Below, piece after piece: positions 34,933 through 44,436 of a stretch of 64,000 nucleotides of DNA. Location: the NCBI GenBank assembly GCA_963823665.1, contig CAWGMQ010000008.1, positions 1,696,001-1,760,000 of the forward strand, given 5' to 3'. Within the stretch, counting starts at the first letter, position 1, and each line of letters opens with the position of its first letter. The translations under genes were made by a program, and so were the position numbers. Origin of the DNA: an uncultured Planctomycetota bacterium. Its GTDB lineage: Bacteria; Planctomycetota; Planctomycetia; Isosphaerales; Isosphaeraceae. Under the pieces are notes generated by a model. That model was not told where the DNA came from. It worked only from the letters and a program-made list of their open reading frames with translations, and made no database searches.

Positions 34933-35976
34933 ATGCTGGTGGGCGAACGACGGATCTCTCGGCCCAAGCGGGTTTTGTACGTTGCAATTCTGATACCTCT
35001 TCTCGGAGCGGCCAGCACGGCGAAAGAGATCACGGGCCCTTCGGCAGGTGCTCTTGCGCTCGCCACCTTGGCGGCCGGGAATATGCAGACCAAATTGGTG
35101 TATCTGCAACCCGGACTGCTAATTGGAGACAAACCGCCAGAGGGGTGGAGTCACCTCGTGGTGAAGTCTCTGCCACGCCTTGCCTCCGGCGACAAGGATA
35201 GTTTACCGAAGGGGGCTGCGAAAACGGCAGCTTATTTCCGGACGGTGATTCTGGCGAATGTGAAGCCCGTGGACGTCGACGAGAAGGAATTCGAGCTAAC
35301 TCAAATTGGAGTAGGAATTTGCGTTCCTCAAAAGGGCCAAAACAAGGAGATTGTGGTTAACGCCGACCGTCAGGAAGCGCTTGGGCTTCATCTTTCGTGG
35401 GTCGAAAAGAAGACGCTCGACGCGATCGAGGCTGGAATGGCAAAGGGCAAGATCATCGCCACGACGCCGACCTTCGCGCTCTTTCGCTCACCGGCGACGG
35501 TGGTTGCCGCGGGTGATGAGCACCGGGAGGTCAACTTAAATTATGCATTCTGCGTCGACCGCGGAACGGGCAAGCTGCAGGTCGGGCTCTGGACTTCGGC
35601 GCTCGAGGCCGCGCAAACACGTTCACCCCAAACCATGTTGCGGCTGAACTCGAACCCGATTTTCGACTGCAAGATGGATGTGCAGACAACGAAGGTTTTT
35701 GGGGTGACGGTTCCGGGCACGTGGTCGTTCGCGATGAGCGTGTTGCCGCCCGGGAAGCCAGTCGCCGTTCCGAAAGACCTGGGCGAGATGATCGTCAAGA
35801 CCTCGCGAAGGCCGAACGAAGCCGACGCTGAAGCGCTCGAAGAGGCCTTGGATCAAGTACTTCTGACTGTTGCGGAGCCGGAGAAGATGCCGGAATCGGA
35901 CAAGAGCGTGCGGAGGACGGCGATTCCGCCGCCGTTACGGCGGGTGGCGCGGGGGACGGATACGGAAGAGAAGTAA
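34933..35976 (+). CDS. Exported hypothetical protein divergent from the PKS operon
   Basis: Long clean ORF with GGAGGG RBS before ATG 34933 and a signal-like RVLYVAILIPLLGAAS. Confidence 0.7.
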   Translation: MLVGERRISRPKRVLYVAILIPLLGAASTAKEITGPSAGALALATLAAGNMQTKLVYLQPGLLIGDKPPEGWSHLVVKSLPRLASGDKDSLPKGAAKTAAYFRTVILANVKPVDVDEKEFELTQIGVGICVPQKGQNKEIVVNADRQEALGLHLSWVEKKTLDAIEAGMAKGKIIATTPTFALFRSPATVVAAGDEHREVNLNYAFCVDRGTGKLQVGLWTSALEAAQTRSPQTMLRLNSNPIFDCKMDVQTTKVFGVTVPGTWSFAMSVLPPGKPVAVPKDLGEMIVKTSRRPNEADAEALEEALDQVLLTVAEPEKMPESDKSVRRTAIPPPLRRVARGTDTEEK

Positions 35977-36001
35977 GTGCGTTGCAAGCACTTGAGGCGA
36001 A

Positions 36002-36053
36002 GGCCAGCACTTCTTGACCAGACATGGGTCGGGAGGACTGGCCGTTTTTTATT
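36002..36053 (+). terminator. Probable intrinsic terminator
   Basis: Imperfect hairpin GGCCAG..CTTCTTGACC / GGTCGGGAGG..CTGGCC followed by GTTTTTTATT, just after the stop at 35976. Confidence 0.6.
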
Positions 36054-36327
36054 GAATGGGATCTGGATTGTCGTGTTTTGAACAATTTGCTGAGAGCGAG
36101 GCGCCCGAAACTGGGGTTCAGGTGGGACCGGGCAACTGGGAAAGACGATTGGGTTGGGTTGCTCGAGGAGTTCCGGTATTCTGCGGCGGTCTTTTGGGGA
36201 GCCGATGGTGCCTGTGAGTTGACGGTAGTCATCTGGGATTCAGAGAAACTTGGAGGGTTCGGGCCGGCGGGCGGCATAGACATCATTGTGGTGGCAACCC
36301 AACTCGAGGCGCCCTGATACGGCGAAG

Positions 36328-38556
36328 ATGATGTTGTCTGAGGTATCGGAAGACCTGCAGACGCTGTTCGGGGCGGGAGCATTCGGGCCGCTCTCGGACG
36401 CTGAGCTACTAGCGCGGTTTAACACCCGGGACGAGGCGGTCGGATCCGAGGCAGCGTTCTCGGAGCTTGTGGCACGGCACGCTTCGATGGTGATGGGTGT
36501 TTGCACCCGTATGGTACCCGACTCGCAGGGCGCCGCCGATGCGTTCCAGGCGGTGTTTCTCGTGCTGGTGCGCAAGGCTTCCGTGGTGCGCGTTGAGGAT
36601 TCACTCGGGCGGTGGCTCTATGGTGTGAGCGTGAGGGTGGCGCGGCGAGCGCGGCGGCGTGCGGCTTTGGCGCGAACGCGAGAGAAGGGTCTCGAAGGAT
36701 TCGACCGTGCCGGCGGGGCTTTGCCAGCGGAGGAGTGCGAGCGCGGCGAGCTTCGTTCTGTGATCGACGAAGAAATCGCCCGACTGCCCAGCCGGTTTCG
36801 TGCGGCCGTCGAGTTTTGTTACCTGGAAGGGCTGACGCAAGAGCAGGCCGCGCGTCGGTTGCGTTGCCCGATCCGGACGGTGGAGAGCCGCTTGCAGCGG
36901 GCGAAGGAACGCTTGCGATCGAGGCTCGAGCGGCGTGGGGTTGCGCCGCTGGGCGGAGTCGCGGCGTGGTTATCGGGCGAGACCGCACGGGCGCACGTGC
37001 CACGCCGCCTTGCTGCGGAGACGATCGCCGCGGCCATTCATAGTGCCAAGAACAAGGCCGTCGGGAGCGTGGTTCCGGCAGCCGTATCGTCGCTGGTCCA
37101 TGAGACAATCTGGAGCATGATGATGATGAAGGCGTGGCAGATCGCGTTGGTGCTGCTGGCAATCGGACTTCCCGGTGCCGGAGCGGTCGCTTTGCAGCGA
37201 GCAGACAATGACGCAACGGCCCCTGCTTCCAAGACACCAACTGTTCCCGGGAGCGGCGCCCGAACCGAGCCGTCGATGGCCGACAGATTCGCGAGGATTC
37301 TCGCCGAGTACTACGCGAAGCAAGAAGCCATTTCGCAAGCGCTACAAAAGGTAACGACCCAGCGCGAGGTGAACGAAGTCTACGCGAAGATGTCACCCGA
37401 CGAGGAGGCTTTCACGCGACGGATGATCGATCTGGCGAATCAAGCCCCTGACCACCCGGTAGCGCGTGACGCTTTGATCTGGGTCGTCAACAAGCGGGGC
37501 ATGTTTGACGTTGGGGAGTATGGCGATGAGTTTGCGCGAGCGGCGGCGCTTCTTGTACGGCATCACGGCAACGACCCCGAGGCTGTCCGGATCGGGCTGG
37601 TGCTCGACAACATTGTGTCGCACCATCACGATGCGCTGTTGTTCGGCTTTTACGCGGCGGCGAAGGGGCACGAAGCGAAGGGGCTGGCTCGTCTGGCGTT
37701 GGCACAATACCTCGAAGAGCAAGCGATGTTCGCCCTGGCCAGTCAACAGTTACCGGGCCGGCAGAAAAAGAGATTCGTCGGGGTGATGGGCGACGACGGC
37801 AAGCTCGTTGATAAAGAGGTGGAACAGAGCGACGAGGAATACTCGTACATCCTGCAGCTTCGCACGCGCGACGCCGGCGAGATCCGAGCGCTTGCCGAGC
37901 GGCTCTACAGGGAGGTGGTCGCCGAGTACGGCGATGTGGTTTATCGTACCGTCGAGCATCGCGAGCTGGAGGCCGTCCTGGCGAGTGAGGAACCCCGGTG
38001 GAGAGGCAAGCTCTTGACCGAGGACGAGCTTGGCAAAATCAGGGCACTTGTCGGCAGCAAGCAAACGCTCGCCGAGGCGGCCCGTGCTCGGCTCGACAAC
38101 ATGCAAAACCTGATCGAGGGTAAGCCGGCTCCCGAGATTGACGGTGTCGATTTGCATGGGAAGCCATTCAAGCTCTCCGATTACCGCGGCAAAGTCGTTG
38201 TGCTGGTCTTCTGGGGCACCTGGTGCGGGCCGTGTATGCGAGAACTTCCTCACGAGCGCGCGCTGGCCGAGCGACTGAAGGACAAGCCGTTTGCCGTGCT
38301 CGGCGTGAATTGCGACGACGATAAGGAAGCGGCGGTGAGTGCGACCAAGTCAGAGCGGATTAGCTGGCCGAACTGGCACGACGGGGCGCCAGGCGCGGGT
38401 CCGATTGCCAAGCGGTACCACATTCGGAGTTTCCCGACGCTGTTCGTCATCGATGCGCAGGGAATCATCCGGCACAAGGAGATCCTGGGCGAGGGGCTTG
38501 ATAAGGCGGTTGATCAGTTATTGAACGAGACACAGCCTGGGTCCGGGGGAGGCTGA
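36328..38556 (+). CDS. ECF sigma-70 factor fused through a TM helix to a helical region and a TlpA/thioredoxin-like domain
   Basis: Sigma2 AADAFQAVFLVL...WLYGV; sigma4 YLEGLTQEQAARRL..PIRTVESRL; TM IALVLLAIGL; KLSDYRGKVVVLVFWGTWCGPC. Confidence 0.9.
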   Translation: MMLSEVSEDLQTLFGAGAFGPLSDAELLARFNTRDEAVGSEAAFSELVARHASMVMGVCTRMVPDSQGAADAFQAVFLVLVRKASVVRVEDSLGRWLYGVSVRVARRARRRAALARTREKGLEGFDRAGGALPAEECERGELRSVIDEEIARLPSRFRAAVEFCYLEGLTQEQAARRLRCPIRTVESRLQRAKERLRSRLERRGVAPLGGVAAWLSGETARAHVPRRLAAETIAAAIHSAKNKAVGSVVPAAVSSLVHETIWSMMMMKAWQIALVLLAIGLPGAGAVALQRADNDATAPASKTPTVPGSGARTEPSMADRFARILAEYYAKQEAISQALQKVTTQREVNEVYAKMSPDEEAFTRRMIDLANQAPDHPVARDALIWVVNKRGMFDVGEYGDEFARAAALLVRHHGNDPEAVRIGLVLDNIVSHHHDALLFGFYAAAKGHEAKGLARLALAQYLEEQAMFALASQQLPGRQKKRFVGVMGDDGKLVDKEVEQSDEEYSYILQLRTRDAGEIRALAERLYREVVAEYGDVVYRTVEHRELEAVLASEEPRWRGKLLTEDELGKIRALVGSKQTLAEAARARLDNMQNLIEGKPAPEIDGVDLHGKPFKLSDYRGKVVVLVFWGTWCGPCMRELPHERALAERLKDKPFAVLGVNCDDDKEAAVSATKSERISWPNWHDGAPGAGPIAKRYHIRSFPTLFVIDAQGIIRHKEILGEGLDKAVDQLLNETQPGSGGG

Positions 38557-38791
38557 TCGTCAGGATGACAACAGACGGATGCGCGCGCCCCGGCCCGTTA
38601 TTCGGCACTGGGCTTTGGCTCGGCCGGGGAATCCCTCGGGTTCTTTGGAGCTGACGAAGCAGGTGCGCCGGGCGACCCGGCGCGTGACAGGGGCGGCAGG
38701 TCATGGATGATTGGCGGCGGATCATCGCGCCGGAGGATGAATCGCTTGAGGACGGTCACCACGCAAGCGCGTGATGGCGAGGAGATTTCTG

Positions 38792-39358
38792 TTACTTTGT
38801 GCTGCCGGGTTCCGAAAGGTCGGCGAACCGGTATTCCAAACGCAGCAGAGACTCCTGAATCTGAAGCGATGCCTGCTGGACGCTGGTGCAGACCATCATT
38901 ACTCCGGCGGCGATCAGGATCACGAGCCCGCAGAAGAGGCAGAGAAGGGCGTGGAAGTGATCGGGGAATGCGGGCGCCAGGAGAAGGAAACAGGTTTCCA
39001 GCAGCACAGCGAAGATCCAGGAGAGGGCCGCGATTGCTGCCGGCTGGGTCCGCAGCGGCAGGCTACCCCTGCGCAGCGGCCACGCGGACAGGCCGGCCCA
39101 GGCGAGGGAGAAGAGCACTCCGCCGCCGAGTCCGATGCGGGCCAAGAGCGGTAGTTTATCCTGGATCAGTGCGTTTGCGCCCAGGAAAATCGCGATGGCG
39201 ACTGAAGCGACAGATACCAGACCGAGGAACACTTTCATCGGTAGTGGGAGTTTCTTCTCCAACATGTCTTGCAACTCCTTGTTGTACCGCTCGCGAAGGA
39301 GCGGGTTTTGGGGTTCCAGATCACACAAGCGATCACGCAGAGTCGGGTCGAAGGCCAC
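38792..39358 (-). CDS. Multi-pass membrane protein, putative anti-sigma factor
   Basis: About 4 hydrophobic segments; starts 3 bp after the stop of the adjacent ECF sigma gene. Confidence 0.7.
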   Translation of the reverse strand: MAFDPTLRDRLCDLEPQNPLLRERYNKELQDMLEKKLPLPMKVFLGLVSVASVAIAIFLGANALIQDKLPLLARIGLGGGVLFSLAWAGLSAWPLRRGSLPLRTQPAAIAALSWIFAVLLETCFLLLAPAFPDHFHALLCLFCGLVILIAAGVMMVCTSVQQASLQIQESLLRLEYRFADLSEPGSTK

Positions 39359-39361
39359 GGT

Positions 39362-39910
39362 TTATTCCTCCTTCCCCAGAAGGTCGCGCAGCGCCTTCTT
39401 GGCGTGATACATCCTGGACTTGACGGTCCCCGCCGGGATGTCCAGGACCTGCGCGATCTCGTCGACGGAAAAACCCTCGAGAAAGAAAAGGGTCAGCACC
39501 TCGCGGTGGGGCACGGGAAGTTGCACCAGCCCGCGGTGGAGGACTTCGGCGTTTTCGAACTCCTCCGGGCCGGGCGCCTCGTCGGCGGGCGGGAGCATCT
39601 GGTAGTTCTTGAGGAACCGCTGGTAAGTGGCCCGGAGCTGGCCGTGATTGAACGCAGCGTGACGGGCGACACGATAGAGCCAGGGACCCAAGCTGGCCGG
39701 CTCGCGCAGCGCGGCGATTCCGGACAGGACGCGGAGCCAAGTTTGCTGGAGGATGTCCCAGGCGTCTTGCTCGTCATCCACCAAGCGACGGATGAAATAG
39801 AGCAGCCGTTTTTCCCAGCAATGAACCAGCTCCTCGAGCGCGGCCTTGTCGCCGCGGCGGCAACGCAGGACCAAAAGCTCTTGATAAATCGCTGCCGCTG
39901 TGCGCCGCAC
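39362..39910 (-). CDS. ECF RNA polymerase sigma factor
   Basis: DAWDILQQTWL...WLYRVAR; EGFSVDEIAQVLDIPAGTVKSRM. GTG start behind GGAGGGAG. Confidence 0.9.
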   Translation of the reverse strand: MRRTAAAIYQELLVLRCRRGDKAALEELVHCWEKRLLYFIRRLVDDEQDAWDILQQTWLRVLSGIAALREPASLGPWLYRVARHAAFNHGQLRATYQRFLKNYQMLPPADEAPGPEEFENAEVLHRGLVQLPVPHREVLTLFFLEGFSVDEIAQVLDIPAGTVKSRMYHAKKALRDLLGKEE

Positions 39911-39939
39911 GAGTGTTCTCCCTCCCGGCTTCAAGCATA

Positions 39940-39967
39940 TAGACCGGGCTACGGGCACAGCGGTTCA
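39940..39967 (-). promoter_or_regulatory. Candidate ECF-type (autoregulatory) promoter
   Basis: The minus strand reads TGAACC-N17-GTCTA directly upstream of the ECF gene, matching the general GAAC...GTC(T)A ECF pattern. Confidence 0.5.
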
Positions 39968-40014
39968 AATTCCGTGGAAGCTTCGGCCTCCTGGGAACGT
40001 GCGTTCAACGTCCA

Positions 40015-40551
40015 CTAGCGCGATTGGCGGCCGGCGTAGACTGTGGCGGCGCGGCTGCCGTGGTCGGGGTGCTCGTCATCGAGCGGGAGCTCTTCGATCA
40101 GCTCGGTGTCTGATGCGGTGTGAAAGGAGACGACGGCCCAATCGACGTCGCCCATCACGGGGCGGTGCCAGACGTTGGTTGGAATCGTCAGCCAACGGTT
40201 TTCCAGCGGCTGCTCGGTTTCACTTCGCAGCACGTTGGAAACCCAGTGCCCGCCGTCCCAGGTTTGCATGTCGGCCCATCCTTGGTAGGACATGACGCGC
40301 TGGATGCTGTTGGGATGACGCTCGGCGCCCGAGGAACAACCGGCACGCAAGACGAAGACCCAGCTCGAGGCGATGCCGTCTGGCAGATGGTCGTAGATTT
40401 CGAGCGGGACAGTGCGCCAGGCGAGGCGCGAGGCGGGATCGCGCTTCAGGAGAGCACCAACCTCGGCGGTGAGGGCGGAGAGTAACGATGAGGCGCGTTC
40501 GGCGCGGATTGCGCGGTCTAACGATTCGACGATGGCTTGTTCGGAGTTCAC
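40015..40551 (-). CDS. Cupin-like hypothetical protein
   Basis: ERHPNS..RVMS and LTIPTNVWHRP resemble cupin motifs 1 and 2. Confidence 0.6.
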   Translation of the reverse strand: MNSEQAIVESLDRAIRAERASSLLSALTAEVGALLKRDPASRLAWRTVPLEIYDHLPDGIASSWVFVLRAGCSSGAERHPNSIQRVMSYQGWADMQTWDGGHWVSNVLRSETEQPLENRWLTIPTNVWHRPVMGDVDWAVVSFHTASDTELIEELPLDDEHPDHGSRAATVYAGRQSR

Positions 40552-40576
40552 GGTTGTTCTCCCGATCGCGATTCGT

Positions 40577-41236
40577 TCATGCGTCTGGCTCCCAGAGGCG
40601 CGTGCGGAAATACTCCTTCCAGCTCTCGGGGAGGATCGATGACCGGGTCGCGCGGCGAAGAAGATCCTGGTTCTCCGAATCGACGGTGTAAAGGTTCACG
40701 ACTTCGGCGACGGTCAGGCTCTCATCGGGACGGGCAAGGAGCTCGATGGCGTCGCCCTCGCCGACTTCGCCCTGGCGCGTGACGGCGAAGTAGAAGCCGG
40801 AGCGGCCGCTCTGGAGGAATCGCTTGACGATATCGGGACGGCCGAAGCGGAGGCCGAGCTTGTAACAGGGCATGCGCGGCTGGGTGATGACGAATTCGGC
40901 GGACCCAATCCGGAAGCGGCTGCCGATCCGCATCTCGGATTCGAGCAGGCCTTCGGTGGTGAGATTTTCGCCGAAGACTCCGATCGGAAGGTCGGCCTCG
41001 GGAAGCTCGTTTCGCCAGTACTCGTAGTGCTCGGACGGGTAGGCGTAGACAGCCTTGTCGACGCCGCCGTGCACCGTCAGGTCAGATTGCTGGTCGCCTT
41101 CGAAGTTGAGCGTGCTCACGCGAAGCCGGCGATTGACCGGCGTCTTAAAAATGGAGGTGAGGACCGTTCGTCCGCGCCATTGGATCTCTTGCGGGAGCCC
41201 GACGTTTAACGAGATGACTCTCACTTTCGGCTCCAT
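40577..41236 (-). CDS. yiiM: MOSC-domain protein with a 3-alpha domain (YiiM family)
   Basis: GDQQSDLTVHGGVDKAVYAY, FGENLT, QPRMPCYKL, GRSGFY. Confidence 0.85.
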   Translation of the reverse strand: MEPKVRVISLNVGLPQEIQWRGRTVLTSIFKTPVNRRLRVSTLNFEGDQQSDLTVHGGVDKAVYAYPSEHYEYWRNELPEADLPIGVFGENLTTEGLLESEMRIGSRFRIGSAEFVITQPRMPCYKLGLRFGRPDIVKRFLQSGRSGFYFAVTRQGEVGEGDAIELLARPDESLTVAEVVNLYTVDSENQDLLRRATRSSILPESWKEYFRTRLWEPDA

Positions 41237-41431
41237 TTGGAATGCCGCGAAAGGCTACAACTGCTCGAGATTGGGCTGCTCGTCCTGGATCGTGTGAATT
41301 GACTGCGGCAGATTGTTGCGCTGGTCCATCCTATCCGGCCGCATGTCAACCGGCTACGCTGGGTTGGCCTGAAAGGGGGGGGAACGGAGGTTACGAACGG
41401 GACCTCCCAGGGCGATTTCCACCGGTTTCTC

Positions 41432-41935
41432 ATGGAGATGATCATGACTGCGGATGCGCTTACCCCGAACCCATCGACGGTGATCGCTCCTCCGTTCACG
41501 CTTGAGACGGCCACGCTCAAGGTGCGGTCGGCCGAGGATGGATGGAACTCGCGCGACCCGAACCGCGTGGCCCTGGCGTACAGCGAGGACTCCGTGTGGC
41601 GGAATCGCAGCGAGTTCGTGACCGGCCGCGACGCGATCCGGGCTTTTCTGAGGGGCAAATGGGAGCGGGAGCTTGATTACCGACTCTGCAAGGCCCTTTG
41701 GGCCTTCACGGACAATCGGATCGCAGTGCGGTTCCAGTACGAGTGGCATGATGCGGACGGCCGCTGGCACCGGAGCTACGGCAACGAGCTGTGGGAGTTC
41801 GACGAACGCGGACTCATGCGTCGCCGCGAAGCCAGCATCAACGATGTCGCGATCGCGCCGAGTGATCGCAGGTTCTTCTGGCCGGCGCCTGGGCCGCGAC
41901 CGGCAGATCACCCGGGTATTGCGGACGTCAAGTGA
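41432..41935 (+). CDS. DUF1348 / SnoaL-NTF2-like protein
   Basis: [22 protein letters not shown]...WRNRSEF...[10 protein letters not shown]...SYGNELWEF. Confidence 0.88.
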   Translation: MEMIMTADALTPNPSTVIAPPFTLETATLKVRSAEDGWNSRDPNRVALAYSEDSVWRNRSEFVTGRDAIRAFLRGKWERELDYRLCKALWAFTDNRIAVRFQYEWHDADGRWHRSYGNELWEFDERGLMRRREASINDVAIAPSDRRFFWPAPGPRPADHPGIADVK

Positions 41936-41978
41936 CCTCCGCCGGGCGTTTTCCCAATTGGGAGTCAGGCCTGGAACG

Positions 41979-42917
41979 ATGCCGCAGCGGGACCAGGGGG
42001 ATTCTGAAGCACGGGGACCGGTCGTGCTGTTGACGGGAGCATCCGGCTACGTCGGCGGCCGGCTGATACCACTGCTCGAGCAGCAGCCGGTGGCGCTGCG
42101 GTGTCTGGCTCGCAGTCCAGAGAAGATGCGGTCACGCGTCAAGGAATCAACGCAAATCGTCCGGGGTGATGTTCTCATCGCCCAGTCGCTCGAACAGGCG
42201 CTCTGTCGGGTGCACACAGCGTACTACCTCGTCCACCTCATGTCAGGGTCGAGGGACTTTGAGAAAGACGACCGGCAGGCGGCGACGAACTTCGCGGAGG
42301 CCGCGAAGAAAGCCGGCGTGCGGCGAATCATCTACCTGGGCGGCCTGGGCGACGATGCCGACCCGAAACTGTCGCCGCACCTGCGCAGCCGCCATGAAGT
42401 CGGCCAGATCCTGAAGGGCTCGGGCGTCGAAACGATCGAGTTTCGAGCGTCGCTCGTGATCGGGACCGGCAGCCTGTCGTTCGATCTGGTGAAGTCGCTG
42501 ACCGATCGTCTACCGGTCATGCTCTGCCCGCGCTGGCTCACGACGCCCACCCAGCCCATCGCCGTGGACGACGTCCTGGCCTACCTCCTGGCGGCCAAGG
42601 ACTTGCCTGCCGGCGAGAGCCATGTGTACGAGATCGGCAGTGAGGATGTCACGACCTACGGGGAAATGATTCGAGAATACGCACGCCAAGTGGGATTAAG
42701 GCGCTGGCTGATTTCGGTGCCGGTGCTGACGCCATACCTATCGAGCTTGTGGCTGGCGCTGGTGACGCCCACCAGCTTCGAGGTGGGGCGGCACCTCATC
42801 GAGGGACTGAAGAACCCCACGGTTGTCCGGGACAAGAAGGCTCTGGACGTCTTTTCGATTCGTCCGATGTCAACCCGGGAGGCGATCCAGAAGGCGCTGC
42901 TCGGGAGGGTTCTATGA
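41979..42917 (+). CDS. NAD(P)H-binding atypical SDR (YbjT-like)
   Basis: VLLTGASGYVGG, AYYLVH, IIYLGGLG, SPHLRSR, QPIAVDDV. Confidence 0.85.
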   Translation: MPQRDQGDSEARGPVVLLTGASGYVGGRLIPLLEQQPVALRCLARSPEKMRSRVKESTQIVRGDVLIAQSLEQALCRVHTAYYLVHLMSGSRDFEKDDRQAATNFAEAAKKAGVRRIIYLGGLGDDADPKLSPHLRSRHEVGQILKGSGVETIEFRASLVIGTGSLSFDLVKSLTDRLPVMLCPRWLTTPTQPIAVDDVLAYLLAAKDLPAGESHVYEIGSEDVTTYGEMIREYARQVGLRRWLISVPVLTPYLSSLWLALVTPTSFEVGRHLIEGLKNPTVVRDKKALDVFSIRPMSTREAIQKALLGRVL

Positions 42918-44433
42918 TTCCGTCGCGATCGAGGGCATCGGCTGCGATCCAGCCCGACATCAAGACCATCGGCATGCCCGGGCCTGGATGCGCGGAACCC
43001 CCGGCGAAGTACAACCCCTTTACGTCCGGACTTTGGTTCGACGGCTTGAAGGCGCCGAGGAACTTGCCGTGGCTGGCCAGCCCGTAAATAGCCCCGTTCA
43101 ATACGCCGAATTGATCGTGGATGTCCTGAGGAGTCAGGCAGCGCTCGAAGCGGATGCGTTGTTCCAGGTCTGCGAGCCCGGCTGTCGATGCGAGCTTGTC
43201 GAGGATGACGCGGCGGTATGCCGGCAGGAGCTTCTTCCAGTCATGGTGCGGACGGAGGTAAGGCGTGTGGACCAGCACGTAAAGCGCTTCGCCGCCCGGT
43301 GGCGCCACGTCGGGATCAGTCCGGGCCGGCGCCGCGAGGTAACAGGTAGGATCGGAGGCGGGTTCACCGTCTCGATAGATCGCCTGGAACTCGTCTTCCG
43401 GGTTGTGAGAGAAGACGAAATTATGATGCGCGAGATGCTCATACGCTCGATCAAGACCAAGGTAGAGCACGACGCCGGAGCAGGCTGGCTCATAGCGACG
43501 CCGGCTCTCGAAGCGGCGCTCGGGCACGCCGCCAAGCAGGTCGCGGTGGGTTCGCACACAGTCTGAGTTCGCCACGACCGCCGCTAGCTCGATTTCCTCT
43601 CCGCGTTCGGTTTCCAGGCCCCGCACACAGCCGCTTGAATCCAGCAGGATGCGCCGCACACCGACCCCGCAGCGCAGCACGACGCCGAGATTCCGCGCTA
43701 GCGACTCCAGGGCCCGAGGCACGGCTACCGTGCCTCCGCGGGGGTACCACACTGCCTCATTTGTTTGCATGTGGGCGATGCCACAGAGTACTGCCGGGGA
43801 TTGATCCGGGGCTGATCCGACGTACTGGGTGAAGTGGTCGAGCATTTGAGCGACGCGAGCGTCGGAAACATGGCTTCGTACCGTGGCCGATACCGACCGA
43901 CCCGGGCGCATGTCGAGAAGAGCCCGCAGCAACGAAGGCTTTAGGATGCTCCTCGTATCGACGATGTCCCACACGGAGCCGACGCTGCGCCAGAAGAAGA
44001 AGCGCTCGGAGATTTCGTTCATTCGTTCCGACAGGTCGAGAAAGCGACGGTAGGCTTCGGCCGATCCAGACTGGGGTGAGAAACTCGCGAGCTCGTGGGC
44101 CATTGTCTCGGGTGACTGGCGCAAGTCGAGGACGGACCCGTCCGCGAAGAAACAACGCCACTGGGGGTCGAGCCGAATCAGCTCCAGGTGCTTCTCGAGC
44201 TGCTGGCCAGCCTCGGAGAAGATGCGACCCAGAACGGAGGGCATGGTGAGAATGGTCGGCCCCTTGTCGAAGCGATAGCCCTGTTCTTCCAGGCGGGCGG
44301 CCTTGCCTCCTAGCCAGTCGTTCCGCTCGAGCAGGACCACTGAATAACCGCGGGCGGCGAGTGTGCACGCAGCGGCCAAGCCCCCCAGGCCGCCGCCGAT
44401 GATGCCTACTCGAGCCGGTTTGCTGCTTTTCAT
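42796..44433 (-). CDS. crtI: Phytoene desaturase-family FAD oxidoreductase (CrtI/CrtP-like); exact 3' end uncertain because it overlaps the convergent gene
   Basis: IIGGGLGGL, GYRFDKGPTIL, LDPQWR, QYVGSAP, C-terminal GGSAHPGPGMPMVLMSG. Confidence 0.85.
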   Translation of the reverse strand: MKSSKPARVGIIGGGLGGLAAACTLAARGYSVVLLERNDWLGGKAARLEEQGYRFDKGPTILTMPSVLGRIFSEAGQQLEKHLELIRLDPQWRCFFADGSVLDLRQSPETMAHELASFSPQSGSAEAYRRFLDLSERMNEISERFFFWRSVGSVWDIVDTRSILKPSLLRALLDMRPGRSVSATVRSHVSDARVAQMLDHFTQYVGSAPDQSPAVLCGIAHMQTNEAVWYPRGGTVAVPRALESLARNLGVVLRCGVGVRRILLDSSGCVRGLETERGEEIELAAVVANSDCVRTHRDLLGGVPERRFESRRRYEPACSGVVLYLGLDRAYEHLAHHNFVFSHNPEDEFQAIYRDGEPASDPTCYLAAPARTDPDVAPPGGEALYVLVHTPYLRPHHDWKKLLPAYRRVILDKLASTAGLADLEQRIRFERCLTPQDIHDQFGVLNGAIYGLASHGKFLGAFKPSNQSPDVKGLYFAGGSAHPGPGMPMVLMSGWIAADALDRDGIIEPSRAAPSGSPPGLTSDESKRRPEPSCPGQPWGSSVPR

Positions 44434-44436
44434 TGG

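Noticed and set aside
42796..42917. 122-bp convergent overlap as a regulatory feature
   Set aside because: The desaturase tail beyond DRDGI is low-complexity and may be an indel-caused extension; this cannot be resolved without reads.
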